Shown one piece after another: positions 28,616 through 37,917 of a stretch of 64,000 bases of DNA; position 1 is the first letter of the stretch; the number at the start of each line of letters is the position of its first letter. Position numbers and translations under genes: made by a program. Origin of the DNA: Desulfobacteraceae bacterium (lineage in GTDB: Bacteria; Desulfobacterota; Desulfobacteria; Desulfobacterales; JAABSP01); assembly GCA_011390065.1 (NCBI GenBank), contig JAABTD010000002.1, forward strand, positions 21,854 to 85,853. Reading direction: 5' to 3'. The notes beneath the pieces were generated by a model. That model saw only the letters and a list, made by a program, of their open reading frames with translations. It was not told the origin of the DNA and made no database searches.

Positions 28616-31444
28616 TTATGCAGCCTCCTTTGCTTGGTTCTCTTGTTCTTTATCCGAAGAGGCGGTTGCCTCTTCGCTGTTTGCATCATTGTCTTCCGAT
28701 GATCCGCCGCCGCTCAGGTCGTCCTCGACTCGTCCCAGCAGTTTGGCGTTGACGGCCACGATCACCGTGGACAGCGACATGACCACCGCCCCGACGGCCG
28801 GCGGCAGCAGGTAATGCCAGACGGGGTACAGGACCCCGGCCGCCAGCGGGATGGCGACGATGTTGTACCCCGCGGCCCACCAGAGGTTCTGGACCATCTT
28901 CCGGTAGGTGGCCCGGGACAGTTCCACGATGGCCAGCACGTCCCGCGGGTCGGACCGGACCAGCACGATGTCGGCCGTTTCGATGGCCACGTCGGTGCCG
29001 GCGCCGATGGCCACGCCGATGTCGGCCTCGGCCAGGGCCGGGGCGTCGTTGATGCCGTCGCCCACCATGGCCACGATCAGGCCGCGGCCTTTGACCTCTT
29101 TAATGGCGTCGGCCTTCTCGTCGGGGAGCACTTCGGCGAAATAATCGTCGAGGCCCAGTTCGTCCGCCACGGACTTGGCCACGGCCTCGGCGTCGCCGGT
29201 GAGCATCATCACCTGGACGCCCATTTTCTTGAGCCGCGACACCGCGTCCCTGGATTCCTTCCGGACCACGTCGGACAGGGCCACCGCCCCGATGGGGTTC
29301 TCGTCCACCAGCACATAAACGACGGTCTTGCCCTCGTCTCTCGCCTTCCGGATGTCGTCGTCCTCCACGGAGATGTCGTTTTCCTTCAGATACCCCGGGC
29401 TCACGGCTTTGACGGATTTTCCGTCCACCGAGGCCTGGGCGCCCTTGCCGGAGATGGCTTGGAAGTCTTTGGGGTCGGGATAGTCGATCTCCTTCTCATT
29501 GGCCTTTTCCACGATGCCCCGGGCGATGGGATGTTCAGAATGGCTTTCCAGGCTGGCGGCCAGCTTGAGGATCTCGTCTTCCGTTTCATCCCCGAGCCGG
29601 ATCACCGAATCGACCCCGAACCGGCCCTCGGTGAGGGTGCCGGTCTTGTCGAAGACGATGGCCTCCAGGGACCGGGCCTGTTCAAAAGCGGTCCGGTTCC
29701 GGATCAGCAGCCCCTGACCGGCGGCCAGGGAGGTGGAGACCGCCACCACCAGCGGCACGGCCAGCCCCAGGGCGTGGGGGCAGGTGATAACCATGACGGT
29801 GACCATCCGCTCCAGGGAGAACACGAATTCCCGCCCCACGAAGAGCCAGGCCGCCAGGGTGATGGCGCCGGCGCTGATGGCGATGATGGTGAGCCAGAAG
29901 GCGGCCCGGTCCGCCAGGTTCTGGGCTTTGGATTTGGAGGCCTGGGCCTCCTCCACCATCTTCACCACCTGGGAAAGATAGGTGTCGTCGCCGGTCTTTT
30001 GCACCGTCACGGTGATGGTTGATTCGCCGTTGACGGACCCGCCGATGACTTCCTCCCCTTCGGATTTCTCCACCGGGGTGGACTCGCCGGTGACCATGGA
30101 TTCGTCCACGCTGGTATGGCCCTCCGCGATCTCGCCGTCCACCGGGATCTTTTCGCCGGGCTTGACCAGAACCTTGTCCCCCTCCGTCAGTTCCGATACG
30201 GGCACATCCTCGGCGTCGCCGCTCTCGGTGAGCCGGTGGGCTTCGGAAGGGAGGAGCTTGACCAGCTCCTTCAGTGCCCCGGAGGCCCCCATGACCGAGC
30301 GCATCTCGATCCAGTGACCCAGGAGCATGATGACGATGAGGGTGGCCAGCTCCCAGAAAAAGACCTTGCCGGGCAGGCCGAAGACCACCGCCGAGCTGTA
30401 GACGTAGGCCGTGATGACGGCCACGCCGATAAGGGTCATCATGCCGGGTTCGCCCTTCTTCAGCTCGTCGAAAAGCCCCTTGAGAAACGGCCAGCCGCCG
30501 TAAAAGAAGACCGCCGTGGCGAAGGCGAACTGCACATAGCTATCGCCCGGAAAGGCCATCATTTTTTGGATGCCGAGGGTCTTCTGGATCAGCGGCGCCA
30601 GAACCAGGATGGGAACAGTGAGCACCAGGGAGACCCAGAAGCGCCGCCGGAAGTCGGCCACCATGTGGGCGTGGTGATCCTGGTGGTCGCCGTCGTGGCC
30701 GTCTTCGTGACCGCCCCCGTGATCGTCGCCCTGGTCACCCCCTTGATCCCCGTGGCCGGAAGGGTCCTCCCGGGACGCCTTTTGCCCTTTGGAACCGCTC
30801 TTTTTGGATTTTTTGGACGATTTCGACGAACCGCCGGCCTTGGCGGTTTTCTTTCCGCTGCTATTGCCCGAAGCGCCGCCGGGATCGGGCCCCCGCTCGA
30901 AGGCCACCACCCGTTCGTTGGATGCCCACAGCTTGCCGATGCCCCAGGCGCAAACCCCGAAGCCGACCGCCAGCACCGCCGCGGCCACGGCATAGTTGCC
31001 GAACAAGTCCGTCAGGGTGATCTGGCCCACGTTGGTGGGATCATACAGGATGGGAATCAGGGTTTCGTGGAAATGGGCGAACAGGGCCGCGCCGGCCAGC
31101 CCGCCTATCAGGGCGAAGACGGCGTCCATCCGTCCTTCGCCAACGGCGGCCCAGGTGGTGCCGGGACAGTACCCGGTCAGCCCCCAGCCGATCCCGAAGA
31201 TCACCGCGGCCAGTCCCGTGGCCACGATGCTGGTGGGCAGGGGCATGGTGCGACCCACGCCCACCGCCTGGAGTCCGAAAAGGCCCACGGCGGAGAGCGC
31301 CACCGCCAGCACCATGAACCGGGGGATGTCGGCGTCCAGCATCAGGTGCGACCGGGCCATCCGATGGGCGTCGGTGGCGCCGATGCGCTGGATGACGAAC
31401 CCGAAGGCGATGCCCGAAAACAGTCCAAGCCAGATTTGCGTCAT
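28616..31444 (-). CDS. Fusion protein: YeeE/YedE-type sulfur-transport half-domain + Lys/Ser linker + His-rich region + P1B-type (CPH, CopB-like) heavy-metal ATPase
   Basis: One uninterrupted frame of 942 aa from the ATG at 31444 (GGAGGAG 6 nt upstream, ATGA overlap with the upstream YeeE gene). The N-terminal part has [13 protein letters not shown]. It continues with [26 protein letters not shown] and then [30 protein letters not shown]. The ATPase has TGES, CPH ([13 protein letters not shown]), DKTGTLT and GDGINDAP. There is no ATG and no SD-backed start between the two modules. The first 130 codons of ORF-track entry 28616..31834 are rejected. Confidence 0.75.
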   Translation of the reverse strand: MTQIWLGLFSGIAFGFVIQRIGATDAHRMARSHLMLDADIPRFMVLAVALSAVGLFGLQAVGVGRTMPLPTSIVATGLAAVIFGIGWGLTGYCPGTTWAAVGEGRMDAVFALIGGLAGAALFAHFHETLIPILYDPTNVGQITLTDLFGNYAVAAAVLAVGFGVCAWGIGKLWASNERVVAFERGPDPGGASGNSSGKKTAKAGGSSKSSKKSKKSGSKGQKASREDPSGHGDQGGDQGDDHGGGHEDGHDGDHQDHHAHMVADFRRRFWVSLVLTVPILVLAPLIQKTLGIQKMMAFPGDSYVQFAFATAVFFYGGWPFLKGLFDELKKGEPGMMTLIGVAVITAYVYSSAVVFGLPGKVFFWELATLIVIMLLGHWIEMRSVMGASGALKELVKLLPSEAHRLTESGDAEDVPVSELTEGDKVLVKPGEKIPVDGEIAEGHTSVDESMVTGESTPVEKSEGEEVIGGSVNGESTITVTVQKTGDDTYLSQVVKMVEEAQASKSKAQNLADRAAFWLTIIAISAGAITLAAWLFVGREFVFSLERMVTVMVITCPHALGLAVPLVVAVSTSLAAGQGLLIRNRTAFEQARSLEAIVFDKTGTLTEGRFGVDSVIRLGDETEDEILKLAASLESHSEHPIARGIVEKANEKEIDYPDPKDFQAISGKGAQASVDGKSVKAVSPGYLKENDISVEDDDIRKARDEGKTVVYVLVDENPIGAVALSDVVRKESRDAVSRLKKMGVQVMMLTGDAEAVAKSVADELGLDDYFAEVLPDEKADAIKEVKGRGLIVAMVGDGINDAPALAEADIGVAIGAGTDVAIETADIVLVRSDPRDVLAIVELSRATYRKMVQNLWWAAGYNIVAIPLAAGVLYPVWHYLLPPAVGAVVMSLSTVIVAVNAKLLGRVEDDLSGGGSSEDNDANSEEATASSDKEQENQAKEAA

Positions 31445-31983
31445 TGGATCTCCTCCTTTTCGGCAATCTTTCCGAAGATCAGCCGGGCGGTGAGCATGGC
31501 CGCGGCGAATATAACGACGCCGAAATAGAGGCCGCTGATGGCCAGCTGCGTCGATCCGGAGATGAACAGCCCCAGGGTGCAGCCCCCGGCCAGCCGCGAT
31601 GCGAACAAAATCAGGAAGCCGCCGAAAAACGTGGCCGCGTATCGCTTGACCCGGCTCTTGCCGAACCGTTTTCGCCAGATGGGCGGCACGTCGCGCACCG
31701 GAATCCGGCTGGAGGTCCGGCCGGCGATGAAGCCGCCGATGGCCATGCCCAGAACAAAGGCGAAAAGCCAGGAGCCGGGGCCGGGAATGGCCTTGTAATG
31801 GGCCTTGGATGCGGCGTATTCGGGCGCGACCCACTCAAGAAATCCTTTCAGGGTGCTCACGAACCCGCTGGACGAGGCCGGCGGCCCGTAGGTGGCGAAA
31901 ATGAAGACGATGATGCCCGCCAGGGCGAACGAGGCCGGGATCCATTTCCAGTAGGGGATGGTCGCTTTGTCTTTGTATTCCAT
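31441..31983 (-). CDS. YeeE/YedE-family (sulfur transport, PF04143-like) half-size membrane protein
   Basis: 180 aa with about 4 TM segments and a conserved Cys loop [14 protein letters not shown]. Its SD GGAGGA is formed by the last codons of the rhodanese gene. Confidence 0.8.
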   Translation of the reverse strand: MEYKDKATIPYWKWIPASFALAGIIVFIFATYGPPASSSGFVSTLKGFLEWVAPEYAASKAHYKAIPGPGSWLFAFVLGMAIGGFIAGRTSSRIPVRDVPPIWRKRFGKSRVKRYAATFFGGFLILFASRLAGGCTLGLFISGSTQLAISGLYFGVVIFAAAMLTARLIFGKIAEKEEIQ

Positions 31984-31986
31984 GGC

Positions 31987-33090
31987 TTATCCTCCGCAGG
32001 AGACGTATCCGCTTTTTGAGCCGCCCCCGCCGCCGGATGCGGCGGTCGACCCGCTCTGGCCGCTCCTCGTCTTGCCGCCTCCGGCGCCCGCTGAAGCGGA
32101 CGGGGCGCCGGGGACATCCCCGGCCAGCACATTTTCAGCCGTTTCGACAGGATAGTAATAGCGCTTGTTCCCCCATTCCATCCAGGAGGGTTCATAGAGC
32201 ATCACGTCGTCGAACCCCATGAGCCGGAGGACAAAATAACCGAAGGAGCCCCGCCGGGCCGTATGACAATAGGTGATGACGGCCTTATTGGGATTGAGTC
32301 CCCGGTAAAGCTGCTGCAATTCGCCATAGGGCTTGATCGCTTTGGCGTCGGCGGATGTCCAGTTGAAGGTGTAGTTGATGTTGTAGGCGGTGGGGACATG
32401 GCCCAGCTTGAGCACCGTGCCGTCCAGCGCCGTATTGGGCGCCTCGCCCAGGTATTCTTCCCGGGACCGCACATCCAGGATCTGGTAATACGGATCGCCC
32501 AGGCGCGGCATCATGAAGTCGGCCTTGACGTATTTCCGGGAATTGATCTCGTCCGACGGGGCCTGGTAGAGGACCTTTTCGGGCTTCCGGGGCTCGGAGA
32601 CCGTTTCGCCGCCGGCGTCGATCCATCCGTCGATGCCCCGTTCCAGCACCTTCATCTTCTGGTGGCCCAGCACGTCGAGGACCCAGAAGATATAGGAACT
32701 GGTGGCGCCGCCGTCCCGCTCCACCGAATCGTAGAGGATGACGGTGTCGTTCCGGGCGACGCCGTGTTCGCCCAAAAGTTGCTGGGCCCGTTCTACGCCC
32801 ACGAAAAGCCCGCCGATGTTGCCCGCGGCGTCGTTGTATTGGAACTGCCGCCACGGCATGCGGACGGCGCCGGGGATCAGCTTGCCGTCGAAGTATTCGT
32901 CCATCCGGACGTCCACGATCACCAGGGAGGCGTCGTCCTGGTGGGACTGGAGCCACTGGGCGTCAGCCAGAAACTCGGCGTTGAGATACCCTCCATCGCC
33001 CCCGTTTGTCGCCGAGGCCGCCGACCAGTAGACGCCCAGCAGCAGCACAACGGCGATGACCACGTAACGAATTGTTTTGCCGTTTTTCAT
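31987..33090 (-). CDS. Periplasmic tandem-rhodanese sulfurtransferase with Gly/Ser-rich C-terminal tail ending CGG
   Basis: Start at the ATG at 33090 (AAGGAGGAA upstream). Signal peptide MKNGKTIRYVVIAVVLLLGVYWSAASA. Domain 1 lacks the catalytic Cys. Domain 2 has the active-site loop YCHTARRGS. The tail reads SASAGAGGGKTRSGQSGSTAASGGGGGSKSGYVSCGG. Confidence 0.85.
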   Translation of the reverse strand: MKNGKTIRYVVIAVVLLLGVYWSAASATNGGDGGYLNAEFLADAQWLQSHQDDASLVIVDVRMDEYFDGKLIPGAVRMPWRQFQYNDAAGNIGGLFVGVERAQQLLGEHGVARNDTVILYDSVERDGGATSSYIFWVLDVLGHQKMKVLERGIDGWIDAGGETVSEPRKPEKVLYQAPSDEINSRKYVKADFMMPRLGDPYYQILDVRSREEYLGEAPNTALDGTVLKLGHVPTAYNINYTFNWTSADAKAIKPYGELQQLYRGLNPNKAVITYCHTARRGSFGYFVLRLMGFDDVMLYEPSWMEWGNKRYYYPVETAENVLAGDVPGAPSASAGAGGGKTRSGQSGSTAASGGGGGSKSGYVSCGG

Positions 33091-33313
33091 GATGGGATGG
33101 TTCCTCCTTGTTTCAGCCGGCTTTAGCCGGGTTTGGTTTGTAGCCGGGGGATTCATTCCCCGGCGGGGACGGCGTTTTAAATGTAAATGGGTTTGAACCG
33201 CCGCCAGCCGGGAATAAATCCCCGGCCTACAGGCCGAACCGCCCTAAAGGGCGCTGACGTTGATTAGTCTGCTTAAAATATGCGCGAAATCACAACTTCC
33301 GTTAGAATCAGGA

Positions 33314-33964
33314 TCATTCATGCGAATGTCCGTTCCCCGACTCGCCCGTCTCGAGTTCATCCAGAAAACCTTCGGGCGGCGCATCGGACTGAGATTCCGA
33401 CAACGCGTCGTGATGTCCGTCGTCCTCCCCATGCTGGTGGCCGCCCGTTTCCATGGAAAGGCCGTGGGATGCGGCCAACTGCCGGTAGGCGGCCTCGTCC
33501 ATGTTCGGGAGTTTCCGCACGAAACCCGCCAGGCCGTGGATCTCCGAGACGCCGTGGGACGGTCCGAAGGCCGGCATGGCCGTCATCTTGATGCCGTTGG
33601 CGATGATCCAGACGATCTCGCCGTCCGACCAGTGTTTCTGGGTTTCGGTTTTGTGAAGCGTGGGCGGTTTGGGGTACAGTCCTTCGGCGAATTCGGCCGG
33701 GGAAACGCCCGGCGCGCCGTGGCAGGTCCGGCAGGAATCGTGAAAATGGCTGATGTAGCCGCCCACGTCCGTGGGCAGCGGTTTTTCCAGATCCTCGCTG
33801 TGGGCCGCGATGGACTGGTTGCGCACGGTTTGGATGGCCTTGAAGGTGATGTCCCAGTGCTTTTCGGCGGCGGCGATGTTGTAACCCCCTGCAAAAAGAT
33901 AGCCGACGCCGGCCAGAATGGCGAGAATGATGACGGCGTTGATGACGGTGATGATTTTGTTCAT
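33314..33964 (-). CDS. Membrane-anchored monoheme c-type cytochrome with acidic/His-rich tail
   Basis: N-terminal TM anchor, a single CxxCH (CRTCH), a distal Met region (IKMTAMPAFG) and the C-terminus HQHGEDDGHHD...GNGHSHE. ATGA overlap with the upstream lipoprotein gene. Confidence 0.7.
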   Translation of the reverse strand: MNKIITVINAVIILAILAGVGYLFAGGYNIAAAEKHWDITFKAIQTVRNQSIAAHSEDLEKPLPTDVGGYISHFHDSCRTCHGAPGVSPAEFAEGLYPKPPTLHKTETQKHWSDGEIVWIIANGIKMTAMPAFGPSHGVSEIHGLAGFVRKLPNMDEAAYRQLAASHGLSMETGGHQHGEDDGHHDALSESQSDAPPEGFLDELETGESGNGHSHE

Positions 33965-34602
33965 GATCCTTCCTTATCCGGTCCTCTGTCGAATTCGATG
34001 ATCTCGGCGAAATCCCGATCCGGGCCTTTTCGGACCCGATGGTGGAGGGGGCTGTCTTCGCCGACCCGTCCCCCCATGTCATAGGTGAAATCGGCCACGG
34101 CCACATGGCGGAGCCAGTAACCCGTTCGCACCGGTCCGGCCCCGTTGTAACAGGAGTGAAAATGAAGGTATTCGTTCCGGGGGGCCGGGCGCGTCTCGAG
34201 CCACGCTTCCGGCGCATCCTGAAAGAAAATGGGGTTGATCCGGTCTTCCGACGGGATCGTCGCATCCGTCTCGGGCAAGGTCGCCCTCACGGCCGTGCCT
34301 TCATAAAGTTTCGCGCCGTCGGCTATATCCGAACCGTAAAACCGGTTTTCGTTAAAACAGACGAACCGGAGCCGACTCAGATCCCGGGGATCTTCCGGGC
34401 GGAAATAATAGCCCGCAAAGGGGCCAAATCCCATCATCCGACCATCCTGGATCTGCGTCAGCCGGGCCATATATCCGTGGGGAATGTCAACGGCGCCGTC
34501 CGGCGCGTCATCGGGCCCTTCCGCCGAGGGGCACCCGCCCATGATTGGGGCAAAAGCCAGAAGCAGCATCATAAAAGATATTGTGTAAACAGCTCTTTTC
34601 AT
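33961..34602 (-). CDS. Lipoprotein, unknown function
   Basis: Lipobox LLAFAPIMGGC after a signal peptide. 213 aa with no recognisable motif. First gene of the minus-strand cluster, divergent from copA. Confidence 0.55.
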   Translation of the reverse strand: MKRAVYTISFMMLLLAFAPIMGGCPSAEGPDDAPDGAVDIPHGYMARLTQIQDGRMMGFGPFAGYYFRPEDPRDLSRLRFVCFNENRFYGSDIADGAKLYEGTAVRATLPETDATIPSEDRINPIFFQDAPEAWLETRPAPRNEYLHFHSCYNGAGPVRTGYWLRHVAVADFTYDMGGRVGEDSPLHHRVRKGPDRDFAEIIEFDRGPDKEGS

Positions 34603-34635
34603 AATGGTTCATTCTAATGGGCGTCATCCGTAATT

Positions 34636-34663
34636 ATCAATACGGTGATGACCCCATATTGAT
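34636..34663. promoter_or_regulatory. Inverted repeat ATCAATA-N14-TATTGAT in the divergent copA / lipoprotein intergenic region
   Basis: Read directly from the sequence. It sits in the AT-rich 187-bp region between divergent genes. No cognate regulator is identified. Confidence 0.2.
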
Positions 34664-34789
34664 TGGAGGCGTCGGGTATTTTTCAGGAAAACATTGAAAT
34701 ATTTGCTTATTTAACGATAATGATTAAAATTTGATTTTATAATGGTCTGCGCTATGATTGGGAACAGGAATGCCAAAGAGAGGGAAACC

Positions 34790-37228
34790 ATGAGCGAAAG
34801 AACACTCAATATCCCGGTCACGGGAATGACCTGCGCCAACTGCGCGGCCAACATCGAGCGGGGATTGAAAAAGCTGGACGGCGTCGGCGACGTCAACGTC
34901 AACTTCGCCTCCGAGAAAGCGAATGTGACGTTCGACCCCCAGAAGTCGTCGGCGTCTGCAATCTTCGATAAAATCGAAAACCTCGGTTTCGGCGTGGCCA
35001 AGACCAGGACCGAATTTCCCGTCACCGGCATGACTTGCGCCAACTGCGCGGCCAACATCGAGCGGGCCCTCAACAAGAAGGTCCCCGGCGTGGTAGACGC
35101 ATCGGTCAACTTCGCCTCGGAGCGGGCCACGGTGGAATACATCGCATCCGAAACAGATCTGGACGAGATCATTGGGGCCATCGAGAAGGCGGGCTACGGG
35201 GCCATCCGTCCCGAAGCGGGTGAGACGGAGATGGACGCCGAGCAGCGGGCCCGGGATGCCGAGATACGGGATCAGACCCGGAAGTTCGTCGTCGGCGCCG
35301 TCTTCACCCTGCCGCTCTTTATCCTGAGCATGGGCCGGGACTTCGGCCTCATCGGCGCCTGGAGCCACGCGGCCTGGGTCAACTGGCTCTTTTTCGCCCT
35401 GGCCACGCCGGTCCAGTTCTACACCGGCTTCGACTATTACGTGGGCGGCTGGAAGAGTCTCCGGAACAAATCGGCCAACATGGACGTGCTGGTGGCCATG
35501 GGATCGTCCGTGGCCTACCTCTATTCCGTGGTGGTGATGCTTTTCCCCGCGGCCGGCGACCACGTCTATTTCGAGACCTCGGCGGTGATCATCACCCTCA
35601 TCAAACTGGGCAAGATGCTGGAGGCCCGCACCAAGGGCAAGACCGGCGGCGCCATCCGGAAACTCATGGGGTTGCGGCCCGACACGGCCACCATCGTCGA
35701 GGACGGCGACGAAAAGGAAGTCCCGCTGACCCAGGTCAAAAAGGGCGACACCCTCATGGTGCGGCCCGGTGAGCGCATTCCCGTGGACGGCGAAGTGATC
35801 TCCGGCGCATCGGCGGTGGACGAGTCGATGCTCACCGGCGAGCCGATCCCGGTGGATAAGAAGGAGGGCGACGTCGTCGTCGGCGGGACCATCAACGGCG
35901 AGGGACTGCTCAAGTTCACGGCTACCCGGGTGGGCAAGGAGACGGCCCTGGCCCAGATCATCCGGCTGGTCCAGGAGGCCCAGGGGTCCAAGCCGCCGAT
36001 TCAGGGGCTGGCGGACAAAGTGGCGGCGGTCTTCGTACCGGCGGTCATCGGCATCGCCCTGGTTACCTTTGTTGTCTGGTGGTTTCTAGTGGGCGATTTC
36101 GTTCCCGCCATGATCCGGATGGTGGCGGTGCTGGTCATCGCCTGCCCCTGCGCATTGGGGCTGGCCACGCCCACGGCCATCATGGCCGGCACGGGGAAAG
36201 GGGCGGAAGCCGGCATCCTCTTCAAGCGGGGCGAGGCCCTGGAAACGGCCACCCATCTCGACACCATCGTGCTGGACAAGACCGGCACCATCACCGAGGG
36301 CAAGCCGTCGGTGACCGACGTGACGCCCTTCGGCCGGTTCGATTCCCGGGAGGCCCTGCTGAAGGTGGCCGCATCCGTAGAGCGGGGGTCGGAACATCCC
36401 CTGGGGCGGGCCGTCGTGACGGCCGCCAAAAACGAAGGCCTGGACCTGCCCGAAGCCGACGACTTCAAGGCGTCCGGCGGCTTCGGCGTGGAAGCCGCGT
36501 TGGACGGCGACCGGGTGAAGATCGGCAAGCCCAGGTGGTTCGACGCCGATGTGCTGAAGGAAGCGAAGGAGCGCATCGAGAAACTGCAATCGGAAGGAAA
36601 GACCGCCATGGTGGTGACCGTCAACGACGCGCTGGCGGGCGTGGTGGCGGTGGCCGACACCCTGAAAGAAGAATCGGCCGACGCCATCAAACAGCTCCAC
36701 GACCAGCGCCTGAAAGTCGTGATGATCACCGGCGACAACCAGGCCGCGGCCGACGCCATCGCCGAACAGGTGGGCATCGACGAGGTCCACGCCGAGGTCC
36801 GGCCCGACGAGAAGTCGGACCGGGTCAGGGAGATCCAGGAGAAAGGCGAGCGGGTCGGCATGGTGGGCGACGGCATCAACGACGCCCCGGCCCTGGCCCA
36901 GGCCGACGTGGGGTTCGCCATCGGCACGGGAACGGATGTCGCCATCGAAACCGGCGACGTGATCCTGTCGTCCGGCAGCCTCAAGGGCATCCCCAAGGCC
37001 ATCGGCCTCAGCCGCGCCACCATGCGGACCATCAAACAGAACCTGTTCTGGGCGTTTTTCTACAACGCCATCCTGATCCCCGTGGCCGCCGGCGTGCTCT
37101 ACCCCTTCGAATCCGTGCCGGGCTTCCTGCGGCAGCTCCACCCCATCCTGGCGGCGTTCGCCATGGCGTTTTCGTCGATTTCGGTGGTGGCCAACAGTTT
37201 GCGGTTGTATCGGGCGAAGGTGGAATAG
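34790..37228 (+). CDS. copA: Cu(I)-translocating P1B-1 ATPase CopA with two N-terminal HMA domains
   Basis: Two [13 protein letters not shown] motifs, CPC ([12 protein letters not shown]), DKTGTIT and GDGINDAP. Start taken at the ATG at 34790 (GAGAGGGA upstream); the track start is 34742. Confidence 0.95.
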   Translation: MSERTLNIPVTGMTCANCAANIERGLKKLDGVGDVNVNFASEKANVTFDPQKSSASAIFDKIENLGFGVAKTRTEFPVTGMTCANCAANIERALNKKVPGVVDASVNFASERATVEYIASETDLDEIIGAIEKAGYGAIRPEAGETEMDAEQRARDAEIRDQTRKFVVGAVFTLPLFILSMGRDFGLIGAWSHAAWVNWLFFALATPVQFYTGFDYYVGGWKSLRNKSANMDVLVAMGSSVAYLYSVVVMLFPAAGDHVYFETSAVIITLIKLGKMLEARTKGKTGGAIRKLMGLRPDTATIVEDGDEKEVPLTQVKKGDTLMVRPGERIPVDGEVISGASAVDESMLTGEPIPVDKKEGDVVVGGTINGEGLLKFTATRVGKETALAQIIRLVQEAQGSKPPIQGLADKVAAVFVPAVIGIALVTFVVWWFLVGDFVPAMIRMVAVLVIACPCALGLATPTAIMAGTGKGAEAGILFKRGEALETATHLDTIVLDKTGTITEGKPSVTDVTPFGRFDSREALLKVAASVERGSEHPLGRAVVTAAKNEGLDLPEADDFKASGGFGVEAALDGDRVKIGKPRWFDADVLKEAKERIEKLQSEGKTAMVVTVNDALAGVVAVADTLKEESADAIKQLHDQRLKVVMITGDNQAAADAIAEQVGIDEVHAEVRPDEKSDRVREIQEKGERVGMVGDGINDAPALAQADVGFAIGTGTDVAIETGDVILSSGSLKGIPKAIGLSRATMRTIKQNLFWAFFYNAILIPVAAGVLYPFESVPGFLRQLHPILAAFAMAFSSISVVANSLRLYRAKVE

Positions 37229-37229
37229 T

Positions 37230-37257
37230 GTAGGGGCGAAAAATCTTTCGCCCCTAC
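37230..37257. terminator. 28-nt hairpin GTAGGGGCGAAA-aatc-TTTCGCCCCTAC (copy 2; exact reverse complement of copy 1)
   Basis: Located between the copA stop (37228) and the convergent Uma2 gene, whose stop codon lies inside the right arm. Confidence 0.6.
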
Positions 37258-37832
37258 ATGGGGTCGAATTCAATCCGCCGATAGATCTCCTTCAACTCCA
37301 TTTCGAGGCCAAGGGATCGAATGGGGACGGCGTCTTCCAGCCGTTCCAGATCTTTCAGCGTCCATTGCCCCTCCTGGTTTTTACGGAAATGCGTCACGAA
37401 AACCGAGTATTGGTCGATGACGATGTAATCCCGCAAAGAGGTGATGGCCCGGTAGGCTTTGAATTTCGCGCCCATGTCGTAATTCGAGGTGGATTTTGAC
37501 AGGATTTCAAAAAGGACCAGCGGATTTTTAAAGACATCGGTCCTGCCCTCCACGAAATCGACGCCGCCACACACGACGCTGGCGTCCGGATAAGCATAAT
37601 GCCTGCCCGGAGCGACTTCCGCTTTCATGTCGCCGCCATAAATAAAACAATCTTGGTCGCGAAGACCGGCATGCAGCATAGACGTAATGTTGACGGCGAT
37701 CACGTTGTGCCGATGGGACGCCCCGGTCATGGCGAACATTTCGCCGTGGAAATATTCGCTTTTGGTTTCCGCCTGCTCTTCCATCTCGAAATAGGCGTCG
37801 GGGGATATTTGGGTTTGTTTGGGTTGCAGCAT
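37254..37832 (-). CDS. Uma2-family (DUF820) putative endonuclease
   Basis: 192 aa. Family-typical opening YFEMEEQAETKSEYFHGEMFAMTGASHRHN and PD-(D/E)xK-like core PDASVVCG ... LVLFEILSKST. Confidence 0.85.
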   Translation of the reverse strand: MLQPKQTQISPDAYFEMEEQAETKSEYFHGEMFAMTGASHRHNVIAVNITSMLHAGLRDQDCFIYGGDMKAEVAPGRHYAYPDASVVCGGVDFVEGRTDVFKNPLVLFEILSKSTSNYDMGAKFKAYRAITSLRDYIVIDQYSVFVTHFRKNQEGQWTLKDLERLEDAVPIRSLGLEMELKEIYRRIEFDPM

Positions 37833-37917
37833 TTGGCGATCTCCATTATCTGCTGGTTGCCGTTGCCGTCATCTTGCTCTTAATCTTGCTCAGGCAGTAA
37901 CGAGCAAGAGCAAGTTT

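Noticed and set aside
31445-31834. The N-terminal 130 codons of ORF-track entry 28616..31834, which would make a 1072-aa protein.
   Set aside because: This part reads the YeeE-half gene (31441..31983) out of frame and is Arg/His/Gly-rich nonsense. The SD-backed ATG at 31444 with ATGA coupling is the credible start.
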